From the IMG/VR virus record IMGVR_UViG_3300037851_000500, positions 48,112 to 112,111 of that record: a stretch of DNA of 64,000 bases. One strand, 5' to 3'. Under the pieces are notes generated by a model. It had not been told where the DNA came from. It was given only the letters and a program-made list of their open reading frames with translations, and searched no databases. Source of the DNA: a virus. Of the stretch, positions 31,672-40,595 are shown piece after piece. A program made the translations under genes and the position numbers. Position 1 is the first letter of the stretch; the number at the start of each line of letters is the position of its first letter.

Positions 31672-32151
31672 ATGAAAAAACAAATTTTTTCAAAAAGAGT
31701 GCCAACGATTGAAAGATTTAATGTGCCGCCAGAAAATGGAGACTTTTTAAAAGTGTTCCAGGCTGCAATGAAAGAAAAAATAATGCTCATGGAATGTGGT
31801 GAATACAATCCAAAAGAATTTAAAAAAATTGTTCGCAATAAATTCAAAAGAGATGTTAAATATTTTAACCTTAAAGTTAAGCCTCTTTTACTCAGTTGTA
31901 AAATAAGCCCCAAATTTTACTTGGAAGTACAAGAAACTGCAAAAATTGTATTTGGGGATTATGTAGCTATGGATGAGCTTATTATTTTTCTTTTAGATTA
32001 TTTTGTAGAAAATTATGGAAAGGAAAATTACATCAGGGGGGTTCCACTGTTTACGCGGAAATATAGCGGGAATAACTATTCGCGGGTAAAACGCTTTAAT
32101 TCTAAGTTTTCACAATTTTACAAAAATCATGTGGTTTCTTTCAAAAATTAG
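31672..32151 (+). CDS. Hypothetical protein
   Basis: 159-aa ORF divergent from terS. Confidence 0.5.
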   Translation: MKKQIFSKRVPTIERFNVPPENGDFLKVFQAAMKEKIMLMECGEYNPKEFKKIVRNKFKRDVKYFNLKVKPLLLSCKISPKFYLEVQETAKIVFGDYVAMDELIIFLLDYFVENYGKENYIRGVPLFTRKYSGNNYSRVKRFNSKFSQFYKNHVVSFKN

Positions 32152-32172
32152 TAAATCCATCCGAAAATATTC

Positions 32173-32201
32173 TTGACTTCTTTCCTTAATCCAAGTATAC
32201 T
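32173..32201 (+). promoter_or_regulatory. sigma70 promoter containing ATCCAAGT (reverse ACTTGGAT) box
   Basis: TTGACT-N17-TATACT. Confidence 0.7.
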
Positions 32202-32291
32202 AAAAGTTACTTCAAAAAATTTGAGGGATTCAGCCCCGACAAGACCGAATCCCTCACCTGATCCCACAACACCACAAAGGAGGTAACTCTA

Positions 32292-32786
32292 ATGCCCCAG
32301 AAACCCAATGGCAAGGTAACTGGAACCTTTTTTGTGGACCCCAGAAGGAGGGAACCACCAATGGTTAATAATATAGTTCAATTCCCAGTAGTATGTCAAG
32401 AGAAAATATTCCCAGAAGATTATTTCAATTTCTGCAAAAAATACTGCAAAATAATTTCTTCCATGAAAAAATCCCCCTGGAAAAGTAGATCCTCACCACT
32501 ATCATATTTTACAATCAATAAAAAAAGTATAAAATTAAGCAAAAATCAAAGAAAAATAATTATTTTATTGCACCAATACTATTTTAGTCATGGAAAACCA
32601 TACATTGTAAAAAGAGAAAATATTAAAAATATAATAAAAAAATCAACAGGAAATAATCTTAGCAAAAGTTCAATAAGCAAATCAATAAGCGCATTATGTA
32701 AAAGAAATATTATTTGTAGGGTAATAATAAAAGATAAATTTGGTCATAAGTCTGTAATCCTGCCACACAATTCCTGCCTTTCATAA
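32292..32786 (+). CDS. Winged-helix DNA-binding protein, paralog 1 (possible replication initiator-like)
   Basis: IKLSKNQRKII..LSKSSISKSISALCKRNII HTH pattern; similar to the next ORF. Confidence 0.55.
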   Translation: MPQKPNGKVTGTFFVDPRRREPPMVNNIVQFPVVCQEKIFPEDYFNFCKKYCKIISSMKKSPWKSRSSPLSYFTINKKSIKLSKNQRKIIILLHQYYFSHGKPYIVKRENIKNIIKKSTGNNLSKSSISKSISALCKRNIICRVIIKDKFGHKSVILPHNSCLS

Positions 32787-32805
32787 TAAATTAAAAAGGT
32801 AAAAT

Positions 32806-33303
32806 ATGAATAAATTTAAATTAATACAAATTAAATTAAAAAATGAAAAAAAATTTAAATTTGAAAAAGGCCCATTAAAAGCAACAAAAGAAATGTGTAT
32901 TCAGCGGTGTCAAGATCTACTAAAATTAAAAAATTACCCTTGGGCTAAAAATGAAAATCCAATAGCATTTTATATGAAACGTGGGAATATAAAATTAGGA
33001 AAAAATCAAAGAATATTAATAAATTTTTTACATAAATCATATTTCAGCCGTGGAAAACCCTGTTTTTTAAAAAGGATAAATATAATTAAACAAGCAAAAT
33101 TACAAGGTTTAGACAAAAGTAACCTTACAAAAACAATAATTGCATTAGTTAATCATGGTATCCTTTTAAAAATAACCGGGGAATCAAACAAACAAAAAAC
33201 TGTATTTATATTGCCCAATATATATTTGTACATAGAAAAAGAACCTGAAAAACAGAAGAAAAAATCAGAATCACCCTGGAGGGGGGGTGAAAACGGTTTG
33301 TAA
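32806..33303 (+). CDS. Winged-helix DNA-binding protein, paralog 2
   Basis: IKLGKNQRILI..LDKSNLTKTIIALVNHGIL. Confidence 0.55.
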   Translation: MNKFKLIQIKLKNEKKFKFEKGPLKATKEMCIQRCQDLLKLKNYPWAKNENPIAFYMKRGNIKLGKNQRILINFLHKSYFSRGKPCFLKRINIIKQAKLQGLDKSNLTKTIIALVNHGILLKITGESNKQKTVFILPNIYLYIEKEPEKQKKKSESPWRGGENGL

Positions 33304-33411
33304 AGCAATGTAATCATTGATAAATTTTTGTCTTCTTTAATATATACAATTACTAATATACTAACTACCAATACACCTGTATTTGTAATAGGTACAGATA
33401 TACAAATAAAT

Positions 33412-33494
33412 TAACTAATCATTACTCATAAATTGCTTCGCAATTTATTCGTATATGATTAGTTAGCGTTTCGCCAAAAACTGCGAAACGCTAA
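33412..33494. other. Two abutting inverted repeats in an intergenic gap (candidate origin or structured element)
   Basis: taactaatcat..ataaattgc-ttc-gcaatttat..atgattagtta and ttagcgtttcgc..gcgaaacgctaa. Confidence 0.5.
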
Positions 33495-33563
33495 TTCTAT
33501 AAATCTTTAAATCATTTTTATAGTCAAAACGGCTTTGAACTACATTTGGTATAGGAGGTCAAT

Positions 33564-34604
33564 TTGATACCTGTAAAATCGCTCTCAGGACGTTTGGTAT
33601 TAAGAGAAAAGGTTGATTCAAAGTCTATTAACCCTATTGAAGAACACATATATAGAAAGTTAAAGTTAAATAATTACAAGCACAGTGCTTTGGACAATAC
33701 AGAACAAAATGAATTTTGTAATATAGTTCAATTTAAAACGTCTATTGATTTAAAAGATATGTTAAAGCCCCTTGGATTAGGAAATGCATATTATCGGTCA
33801 AGGATGAAAAGTGCCCCGGTATTATTATCAACTGAAATTTTATTTAGTAAATTTGCGGAATTGTTTGTTAATAATGTAAAAATTAATTTTTTAGTAACTC
33901 AGGAACTATGTAACTATTGGAATAAACTAATAATTGAATTTAAACCAGTTGGAATTTCCAAAATAAACATAAATGAAACATCAAAAACATATTTTTTTGC
34001 AGCCGTATTATTTACCCATACCATGTATTTTAAAGCCCACTCATTAGCAAATATGAAAAGAGCAATTGATATTATAATAAAATTTGGGGATAAACTCCCA
34101 GTTTTAACATCTAATAAAAAATCAATATTTCAAATATTTACAACAGTATTAACTGAAAAAAGAATGGATTTATTATTTTCATGTGATAGTGGATTTGATT
34201 TTATAAATAGGTTTTATTATAAAGGATCAAAACATAATAATGTATTTAATGGAAAATTTAAATCATTATTTAAACAATATTTTTCTTCAAATAATATAAA
34301 TGGTGAAAAATATTTTAAAAAATATGAAGTGACCCTATCAAAATGGTTTGATTCAATTTCAAAAGAATTTACAAGCCCAAACTCTTTAAGAAAAACTTGT
34401 GAATTAAAATTAATAGGGGCTAATAAAAATTGCAATTCTTTAATAGAAGAATATTTTTCTTTTTTATCCATGCAAAAAACAATGGTGGGAGCTTTAGATA
34501 TAGTAAAAGAAACATGGTGGCTGAGTTTTGTTGATTATGTCAGGTATACTTTGGGATATTCAGACTTTTGGAAAATTAAAGCACAAGTTGACAAAACCAA
34601 ATAA
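33564..34604 (+). CDS. Hypothetical protein
   Basis: 346 aa; AGGAGG RBS before a TTG start. Confidence 0.6.
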   Translation: MIPVKSLSGRLVLREKVDSKSINPIEEHIYRKLKLNNYKHSALDNTEQNEFCNIVQFKTSIDLKDMLKPLGLGNAYYRSRMKSAPVLLSTEILFSKFAELFVNNVKINFLVTQELCNYWNKLIIEFKPVGISKININETSKTYFFAAVLFTHTMYFKAHSLANMKRAIDIIIKFGDKLPVLTSNKKSIFQIFTTVLTEKRMDLLFSCDSGFDFINRFYYKGSKHNNVFNGKFKSLFKQYFSSNNINGEKYFKKYEVTLSKWFDSISKEFTSPNSLRKTCELKLIGANKNCNSLIEEYFSFLSMQKTMVGALDIVKETWWLSFVDYVRYTLGYSDFWKIKAQVDKTK

Positions 34605-34648
34605 AATTAGTACAGTTAAGAAAAAGAAGTAAAAGGGGGCAAATATTT

Positions 34649-35218
34649 ATGGTATTACACTATAGTCAAGAAGATTTTTACAAATTGCCTGATTGGGAGA
34701 AGTTAAGGCTGAAACGGTCCAGGTCCAAATACCGTGGGTATAGAATAATGACCAAAGACCAGGAAGTTTCCCGTAAAGAATCTATTTTTTCAATTTGTGC
34801 TCATTTTGGAATGACCACAATTGAAGAATTAGAGGATGAAGCATTTTCTGTTATGGAAGATCATTGGCCTACTAAAATTGAATATTTTCTTACACCAAAA
34901 ATTTTAGATTATTTGTCTATAAGTACAATTTGCAATTTTGGGTATTGCTCCTACTGCATTAATTATGAGGGGTATACAAGAAATAAATTAAAAACAAATA
35001 TTATTCCATTTACTGGAATTTGTACAAAAGATGGAGAGGAGGGTATTACCCCACACAATTCCAGATGTTGCAATTGGGAATTGGGGACTCTCCATGTTCA
35101 AATAATGTTTGTAAAAATTGAAAAAATTCTTGAAAATTGTAAATCATATAATATGGATGAATATATTAAAGATTTGGAAAATTTCAACTTCTGGAATTAT
35201 TTCTTTTCTATTAATTAA
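34649..35218 (+). CDS. Hypothetical Cys-rich protein
   Basis: CSYC..C..CC pattern; upstream TTGACA-N17-TACAGT. Confidence 0.55.
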   Translation: MVLHYSQEDFYKLPDWEKLRLKRSRSKYRGYRIMTKDQEVSRKESIFSICAHFGMTTIEELEDEAFSVMEDHWPTKIEYFLTPKILDYLSISTICNFGYCSYCINYEGYTRNKLKTNIIPFTGICTKDGEEGITPHNSRCCNWELGTLHVQIMFVKIEKILENCKSYNMDEYIKDLENFNFWNYFFSIN

Positions 35219-35236
35219 ACTGTCTGAGAGGTTATC

Positions 35237-35680
35237 ATGGTTAAAAGACAAGAACTAAAAGCAATTAAAAAACACAGGTTGTCAATTAAACAGGAACCAG
35301 TTGAAATTAAAAAAACAATGTACAAATCGGAATATTGTCTAACTGACAACGATTTGGTAGCGATCTTTGGTACTGATTTAATTGAAGAATATTTATCTGA
35401 TAAAAAAATAGATACTTTTGAAACATTTTTGTTGACAGAAGAAACTTTTGATATTAAAATAAATCGTAACAAACTGTTGGAACCGATTGAAAAAGGCAAA
35501 TTCATTGTTTTTGAGAACATCGGAAAAGTTGATAAGGAAATAATTGATTGGTTTATTGAACGATTCCCAAAATGCGTTTTTTACCCAATTCAGGAATGGT
35601 TTGGTAAAAAAGCAAATACACTTATCTGCATTCTTGGGAGCTTACATGGCAAGCCGGTTGGCGTTGTTAAAAAACATTAA
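35237..35680 (+). CDS. Hypothetical protein
   Basis: 147-aa ORF with GAGG RBS. Confidence 0.55.
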   Translation: MVKRQELKAIKKHRLSIKQEPVEIKKTMYKSEYCLTDNDLVAIFGTDLIEEYLSDKKIDTFETFLLTEETFDIKINRNKLLEPIEKGKFIVFENIGKVDKEIIDWFIERFPKCVFYPIQEWFGKKANTLICILGSLHGKPVGVVKKH

Positions 35681-35697
35681 CGAAAGGAAAATTAAAA

Positions 35698-36075
35698 ATG
35701 GCTAAGAAAGCAGCAGTAGCAGACAAGAAAAAGAGCAAGAGCAACAAACTGAAGATTAAAAACAAAAAAGAATCTTTAGCAAAGGGTGAAGGAAAAAAGC
35801 GTCCCGGTCGCCCCGCAACCAAAAAGCCGGTTGTTGGATGGGAAGTTAGCAGCAAGGATCAAAATAAAATTGCAAATGAATTCTCTAATGCTCAAAAGAT
35901 GTTTGATTCTATTGGGGAGAGTGTTAGCAAATTTGCATTTGATGCTGCTCCTAAATCAGCGATGGATGCAGTTAGGGAAATTATTAAACTTCAGGGTCAA
36001 ATGAAAACCATGTGCAAAACTATTCGGGTTATTAAAAAGGGGATGAAACCCAAATTTGGTGAATTGCCTGCGTGA
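35698..36075 (+). CDS. Basic histone-like DNA-binding protein (AT-hook-like KKRPGRP plus helical domain)
   Basis: Lys-rich N-terminus, RPGRP motif, helical C-terminus reminiscent of Hc1-type proteins. Confidence 0.45.
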   Translation: MAKKAAVADKKKSKSNKLKIKNKKESLAKGEGKKRPGRPATKKPVVGWEVSSKDQNKIANEFSNAQKMFDSIGESVSKFAFDAAPKSAMDAVREIIKLQGQMKTMCKTIRVIKKGMKPKFGELPA

Positions 36076-36134
36076 CACTTACATGGGCGGGAAGTCGCCT
36101 AAGCGTCTTCGTGGTCCATTTAAGTGTTTTATAT

Positions 36135-36186
36135 AAAATCCCCCTGAAATTAGTAGTGTGAGCGAACTTTTCAGGGGGATTTTTTT
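36135..36186 (+). terminator. Rho-independent terminator
   Basis: aaaatccccctgaaa...tttcagggggat followed by a T-run. Confidence 0.75.
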
Positions 36187-36190
36187 ATAC

Positions 36191-36219
36191 TTGACTTAAC
36201 TTGGATCTTTTAGTATATT
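36191..36219 (+). promoter_or_regulatory. sigma70 promoter with ACTTGGAT box in the spacer
   Basis: TTGACT-N17-TATATT; ACTTGGAT at 36199-36206. Confidence 0.7.
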
Positions 36220-36249
36220 TTTTACAGGGTGGTTAATTTATAATACGGG

Positions 36250-36558
36250 GTGATTTTAATGAATAAAAAACAATATGGAGAATTTCATTGCCCAATTTGT
36301 AAAGCTGTATTTCATATTAAAAAACAATTAGACGGTCATTTAGGAGGTGCCCATAGAAGAAATATTACAAAAGAAGGAGTACCAAAATGTAAACATTGTG
36401 GGCAGAGATTGTTTGTAGGACAGAATTGGGGAATGTGGGCAGTTAAACAACGCAATTTAATTTGTAATATATGTAAAAATAAACAAAATAGAGAATCCCA
36501 CAAAAAAAGAGTTGAAAGAAAAATGCAGGAGAAGAAAAATAATGCTACCCCAAGTTGA
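36250..36558 (+). CDS. C2H2 zinc-finger protein
   Basis: CPICKAVFHIKKQLDGHLGGAH (C-x2-C-x12-H-x4-H) plus CKHC..CNIC. Confidence 0.65.
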   Translation: MILMNKKQYGEFHCPICKAVFHIKKQLDGHLGGAHRRNITKEGVPKCKHCGQRLFVGQNWGMWAVKQRNLICNICKNKQNRESHKKRVERKMQEKKNNATPS

Positions 36559-37267
36559 TATAGTTTCATTTTTAAATGAAAATTTTGATTTTAACAATGA
36601 ATTAAAATTAAAATTAACAAATTTAGAATTTAAAAGTGGGAATATCAGTCTCTTTGAATTATTTTGTATTTGTGCAATTATAAAAGTAAGAAGCCCAGAG
36701 CTTGTAATGGAATTCGGGACATTTAATGGACGTACCACGATTAATATTGCCAATAACCTCCCAGATGATAGTAAAATAATTACGTTTGACCTTCCATTTG
36801 ACCAAAATGCTAAAAAGGGAACTCTGTTTAAAGTTAAAACAAAATTTCCTTTAGCTGACGGCAAAACAGACCCAAATGATGAGCTTGGTTTTGTTGGGCA
36901 TGAAAAACTATTTAAAGATCATTTTTATTATAAATTTGGAAAAATTAAACAAATATGGGCTGATACTGGATCTATAGATTCAAAATCTGAAGAATGGAAT
37001 AATAAAGCAGATCTATTTTTTATTGATGCTTCACATACATTTGAAAATTGTTATAATGATTCTAAAACAGCTTATGAAATAATCAAACAATTTGGAATTA
37101 TAATTTGGCATGATTACGGTGGGTGGGATGGAGTCACTAAAGCTATTGATCTTATTTATGAAAAAATAAATAAAACAAATATAATATATATAAATATGTA
37201 CCACATTAAAGACACCTCACTTGCTGTTGGGGTAGTTATTAACAAAGGAGGAATAGACTTATGGTAA
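36542..37267 (+). CDS. Class I SAM-dependent methyltransferase (Methyltransf_24-like)
   Basis: VMEFGTFNGRTT, DLFFIDASHTF, GIIIWHDY; start likely ATG 36542. Confidence 0.85.
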   Translation: MLPQVDIVSFLNENFDFNNELKLKLTNLEFKSGNISLFELFCICAIIKVRSPELVMEFGTFNGRTTINIANNLPDDSKIITFDLPFDQNAKKGTLFKVKTKFPLADGKTDPNDELGFVGHEKLFKDHFYYKFGKIKQIWADTGSIDSKSEEWNNKADLFFIDASHTFENCYNDSKTAYEIIKQFGIIIWHDYGGWDGVTKAIDLIYEKINKTNIIYINMYHIKDTSLAVGVVINKGGIDLW

Positions 37268-37611
37268 CAGATATGTTAGCGAGAATTGAAAATTTTATTA
37301 TTAATATTGCTGAAATAGCTGAAATTAAAACTGCTGGAAAAAGTTATTCTGAAACCAATTCAATTGTAATTATATACAAAAGTGGAAAAGAAAGCATATT
37401 AAATATTAGTGAATCATCTTATAAAAATTTAATGGAATATTTTAATACCCTATGTCCAGATTTTAACGATGATTATACCCGTAAGAATTTAATTAATGCC
37501 GTTGTGTTTCAAAGAAGTCAATTTATGCAAAAGATGATGCAGGAAGGGGCTTTACCAAAAAGTGATTTTCCTGATAAAGTTATGCCAAAAAATCATGGAG
37601 CAAAACAATGA
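37261..37611 (+). CDS. Hypothetical protein
   Basis: 116-aa ORF with GGAGG RBS. Confidence 0.55.
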   Translation: MVTDMLARIENFIINIAEIAEIKTAGKSYSETNSIVIIYKSGKESILNISESSYKNLMEYFNTLCPDFNDDYTRKNLINAVVFQRSQFMQKMMQEGALPKSDFPDKVMPKNHGAKQ

Positions 37612-37803
37612 AAATTGGAAATTTAAAAGTACAAAAAAATTATTCCTCTGGAAAAACTAAATGGGCTATTTTAGGTAGATTTCGTAGGGGGGTATGGGAA
37701 CAAACTAATTTAGAAGGAAAAGATTTAATTTTTGATATAAAGTACGATGCTTGCTGTTTTTTGCTTTCTATAAATGAGGATTGGAATAATAAGGGAAAAA
37801 GTT

Positions 37804-38205
37804 ATGGAAATTAATGAAATTCATAAAAAAGCATGGGGGCATGAATTTTGGGTTGTTAATAATGATTTATATTGTGGTAAAATACTTTATGTAGAATCTC
37901 ACTGGAAAGTATCATACCACTATCATAAAAATAAGCATGAAACATTTCATATTTTAGATGGTTTTGGGTATTTTAATTACAATGGAAAAGAATTTAAATT
38001 ACAAGCAAGTGATACAATTGTAATTCCACAGAATACACCTCATAGCTTCGGAGGATTGTCCACATATCCTTTGATCATTATAGAATTCTCTACTCCACAT
38101 GATGAAGAAGATAGTTATAGAGATGATAAAAGCCACAGAATAGATCATGAAGAATATTCACGTTGGTTAAGTCTCCCACTATTTTATCCAAAAATGATTC
38201 TATGA
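37804..38205 (+). CDS. Cupin protein (sugar isomerase-like)
   Basis: KAWGHEFW..YCGKIL..SYHYHKNKHETF..G..IPQNTPHSF..EFST; start likely ATG 37804. Confidence 0.8.
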   Translation: MEINEIHKKAWGHEFWVVNNDLYCGKILYVESHWKVSYHYHKNKHETFHILDGFGYFNYNGKEFKLQASDTIVIPQNTPHSFGGLSTYPLIIIEFSTPHDEEDSYRDDKSHRIDHEEYSRWLSLPLFYPKMIL

Positions 38206-38373
38206 TACGATACCAATTAAAAGTAAAAATAGAACCGTTCCACTGTCCTATGTTCGGGGTTATACTTTCTGAATGTAATCTTCATTGTGATTTCTGTACA
38301 ATTCCTTTTGAAAAAAGAACACTATTAAAAAATAATAAACCACCAACAAGTACCAGAGTAGAGGAACTTAATA

Positions 38374-39027
38374 ATGGTACGTTATAAATTAAAATATAAA
38401 ATGAAAAAGATGCTTGCTGGTATGGTTTTTGGTAAATGGACAGTGTTAAAAAGAACAAAAACAGGTAAACATGGTGCCCCTTATTGGTTATGCCGTTGCT
38501 CTTGTGGGGCAGAAAAAGATATTGCCAGTACTACTTTATGGGGTGGTCAATCAAAATCTTGTGGGAAACAAAATATATTTCATGCTAAAGAATATTTTTA
38601 TAAAAATATAAAAGTTAATAATAAAACCGGATGTTGGTTATGGTTACACAATGAACATAGTATATATGGGCAAATTTCTATTTCTGGTATAAATGTACCA
38701 GTACATAGATTTAGTTATGAAATACATAAAGGCCCAATTCCAAATAATCTATTTATCTGCCATCAATGTGATACCCCAAAATGTGTAAACCCATATCACC
38801 TTAAAACAGGCACACAACAAGATAATATTAATAATGCAATAAAACGTGGAAGAAATGTAAAAGGTCAAAAAGTAGGAACATCCATTTTAACTGATAAACA
38901 AGTAATTGAAATAAAAAGTATACTAAAAAATAAAACATCTACTCATGAACAAATAGCAATTAAATTTAAAACATCCAGAACAGCAATTACAGCTATATCT
39001 ACCGGACAAAATTGGAGTCATCTTTAA
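38374..39027 (+). CDS. HNH homing endonuclease
   Basis: CWLW..YG..VHRFSYEIHKGPIP..ICHQCDTPKCVNPYHL; C-terminal HTH. Confidence 0.85.
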   Translation: MVRYKLKYKMKKMLAGMVFGKWTVLKRTKTGKHGAPYWLCRCSCGAEKDIASTTLWGGQSKSCGKQNIFHAKEYFYKNIKVNNKTGCWLWLHNEHSIYGQISISGINVPVHRFSYEIHKGPIPNNLFICHQCDTPKCVNPYHLKTGTQQDNINNAIKRGRNVKGQKVGTSILTDKQVIEIKSILKNKTSTHEQIAIKFKTSRTAITAISTGQNWSHL

Positions 39028-39072
39028 TAAATATATAAAGTTGAGTTAGTAAATAAATTTTGTAAATAGGAG

Positions 39073-39627
39073 GTGCGTATGCTTATAGGTCTTACTGGTA
39101 AAGGGGGTTCTGGAAAAACCACATTTGCTGGATTTATAATTAAATACGCCTCAATTCCATTTATTCAGGTTAATTTTAAAGATGCCCTTGTTCATATGGC
39201 TAAAAAAATAGGGTGGAATGGAATTAAAGACGAAAAAGGTAGAAAGTTATTACAAACATTGGCAACAGAAGTTGTTAGAGACTGTATTGATGAAGATTAC
39301 TGGTGCAATGCATGGTTTGATAATATAAGATTTGATTGTTTTATTGGAGAAAAATCAATAGTTATTGATGATGTTAGATTTGAAAATGAAGCACAAACAA
39401 TAATAAGTACAGCAATTGAAAAAGGTTGTGAATATAAAATTGTTAAATTAATTACAAATAATCAACCTGAAGTTATGACTGAACAAGCAAAAAAACATAG
39501 ATCAGAACAGGGAATCCCGGAAGAATTAGTCACTAATGTTATATATATGGAATATGGTTTAAATTTTGTTGAAGAAGCAGCAAAGGAGTTTTTAAAAGAT
39601 AACAAAATTCTAAAGGAAGGAATTTAA
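39073..39627 (+). CDS. Deoxynucleoside monophosphate kinase
   Basis: IGLTGKGGSGKTT Walker A, RKLLQTLATEVVR, VIDDVRFENEA, HRSE. Confidence 0.85.
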   Translation: MRMLIGLTGKGGSGKTTFAGFIIKYASIPFIQVNFKDALVHMAKKIGWNGIKDEKGRKLLQTLATEVVRDCIDEDYWCNAWFDNIRFDCFIGEKSIVIDDVRFENEAQTIISTAIEKGCEYKIVKLITNNQPEVMTEQAKKHRSEQGIPEELVTNVIYMEYGLNFVEEAAKEFLKDNKILKEGI

Positions 39628-39631
39628 ACCA

Positions 39632-40039
39632 ATGTGGAGTTCAGATTATGATCTGCGAGAACGGGTATTTAATAAAACTGGTGGTTTTTGTTTTTATTGT
39701 GGAAGACGTTTAGTTTTAAATAGCCCACAAAGAAAAGACAGAATGACAATGGACCACTTAGTTCCAAGATCTAAAGGTGGAAATGGGTATTTTCATAATC
39801 TGGTTCCAAGCTGTAAAAGGTGTAATAGAGTTAAAGGTGATACAGAAGATATTGAACAATTTAGATTTGAATTAACTATGGATCATTTTCAGAAAAAGTA
39901 TCATGTTAGATTTACCAGGAAGCATATTGAATTTTTAAGAAGTGTATTAAAAGTAAGTGTACCGGCTAGAAACTTTATTTTTTATTTTGAAAACTCAAAA
40001 AACCTTAGAAGAATAGCAGAACCATTATTAAACCTATAA
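39632..40039 (+). CDS. HNH endonuclease (McrA-like)
   Basis: CFYCG..TMDHLVPRSKGG..NLVPSCKRCNRVKG. Confidence 0.85.
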   Translation: MWSSDYDLRERVFNKTGGFCFYCGRRLVLNSPQRKDRMTMDHLVPRSKGGNGYFHNLVPSCKRCNRVKGDTEDIEQFRFELTMDHFQKKYHVRFTRKHIEFLRSVLKVSVPARNFIFYFENSKNLRRIAEPLLNL

Positions 40040-40055
40040 TTAAAAGATAACTAAT

Positions 40056-40310
40056 ATGAAAAAGTTTATTTGTCCAGCATGTGGAAAAAAAATATCAGTT
40101 TTTAATATTAGCAATAGGTATAATAAAGAAGAAGATTCTTTTACCTGTAAAAATTGTAAATTATCTGCTAAATTAAGACATTTTACTAAGGGGATTAAAA
40201 TAAAGGAAATAGAAAAAGAAAGAATTAAAAAAATGATTATATGGTGCATAATATCCATACCTTTTCAAACAATTATTTTTTATTCAATTCTTGAAAGGAT
40301 ATTTTTATGA
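40056..40310 (+). CDS. Small zinc-ribbon membrane protein
   Basis: CPAC..CKNC plus a C-terminal hydrophobic segment. Confidence 0.45.
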   Translation: MKKFICPACGKKISVFNISNRYNKEEDSFTCKNCKLSAKLRHFTKGIKIKEIEKERIKKMIIWCIISIPFQTIIFYSILERIFL

Positions 40311-40594
40311 GTATAAATTTAGGTGGTAATAATTCACCGCTTAATTTAAACAAAATGAAATTTAATGTGGACCTATCTAAAATAGCAAAAGTAAGATGTA
40401 CAAAATGTAGTAATGAATCATTTACTATGTTAGGATCAATTAAAATGATTAGTCCTATACAATCAACCAGTGGTAAGTGGGATACAGCTATAGAAGCGCA
40501 ATGGGTATGTTTAAATTGCCACCACCCATTTGATCCAAGTGAATATTTAGAAAATTTAAAACAGGAAGTAAAAAAAGAGAACAAAGGAGAGTAA
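40307..40594 (+). CDS. Zinc-ribbon hypothetical protein
   Basis: CTKC..CLNC. Confidence 0.55.
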   Translation: MSINLGGNNSPLNLNKMKFNVDLSKIAKVRCTKCSNESFTMLGSIKMISPIQSTSGKWDTAIEAQWVCLNCHHPFDPSEYLENLKQEVKKENKGE

Positions 40595-40595
40595 G

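Noticed and set aside
32222-32256. Possible tRNA or ncRNA
   Set aside because: Only a simple gagggattc/gaatccctc hairpin is present; no cloverleaf or T-loop motif
33278-33410. Frameshift at the G-run extending wHTH gene 32806
   Set aside because: Both shifted frames hit stop codons within a few codons
39632-40039. HNH as the terminase-associated cos-cleavage nuclease
   Set aside because: It is not adjacent to terS and sits among nucleotide-metabolism genes; the role cannot be supported from sequence
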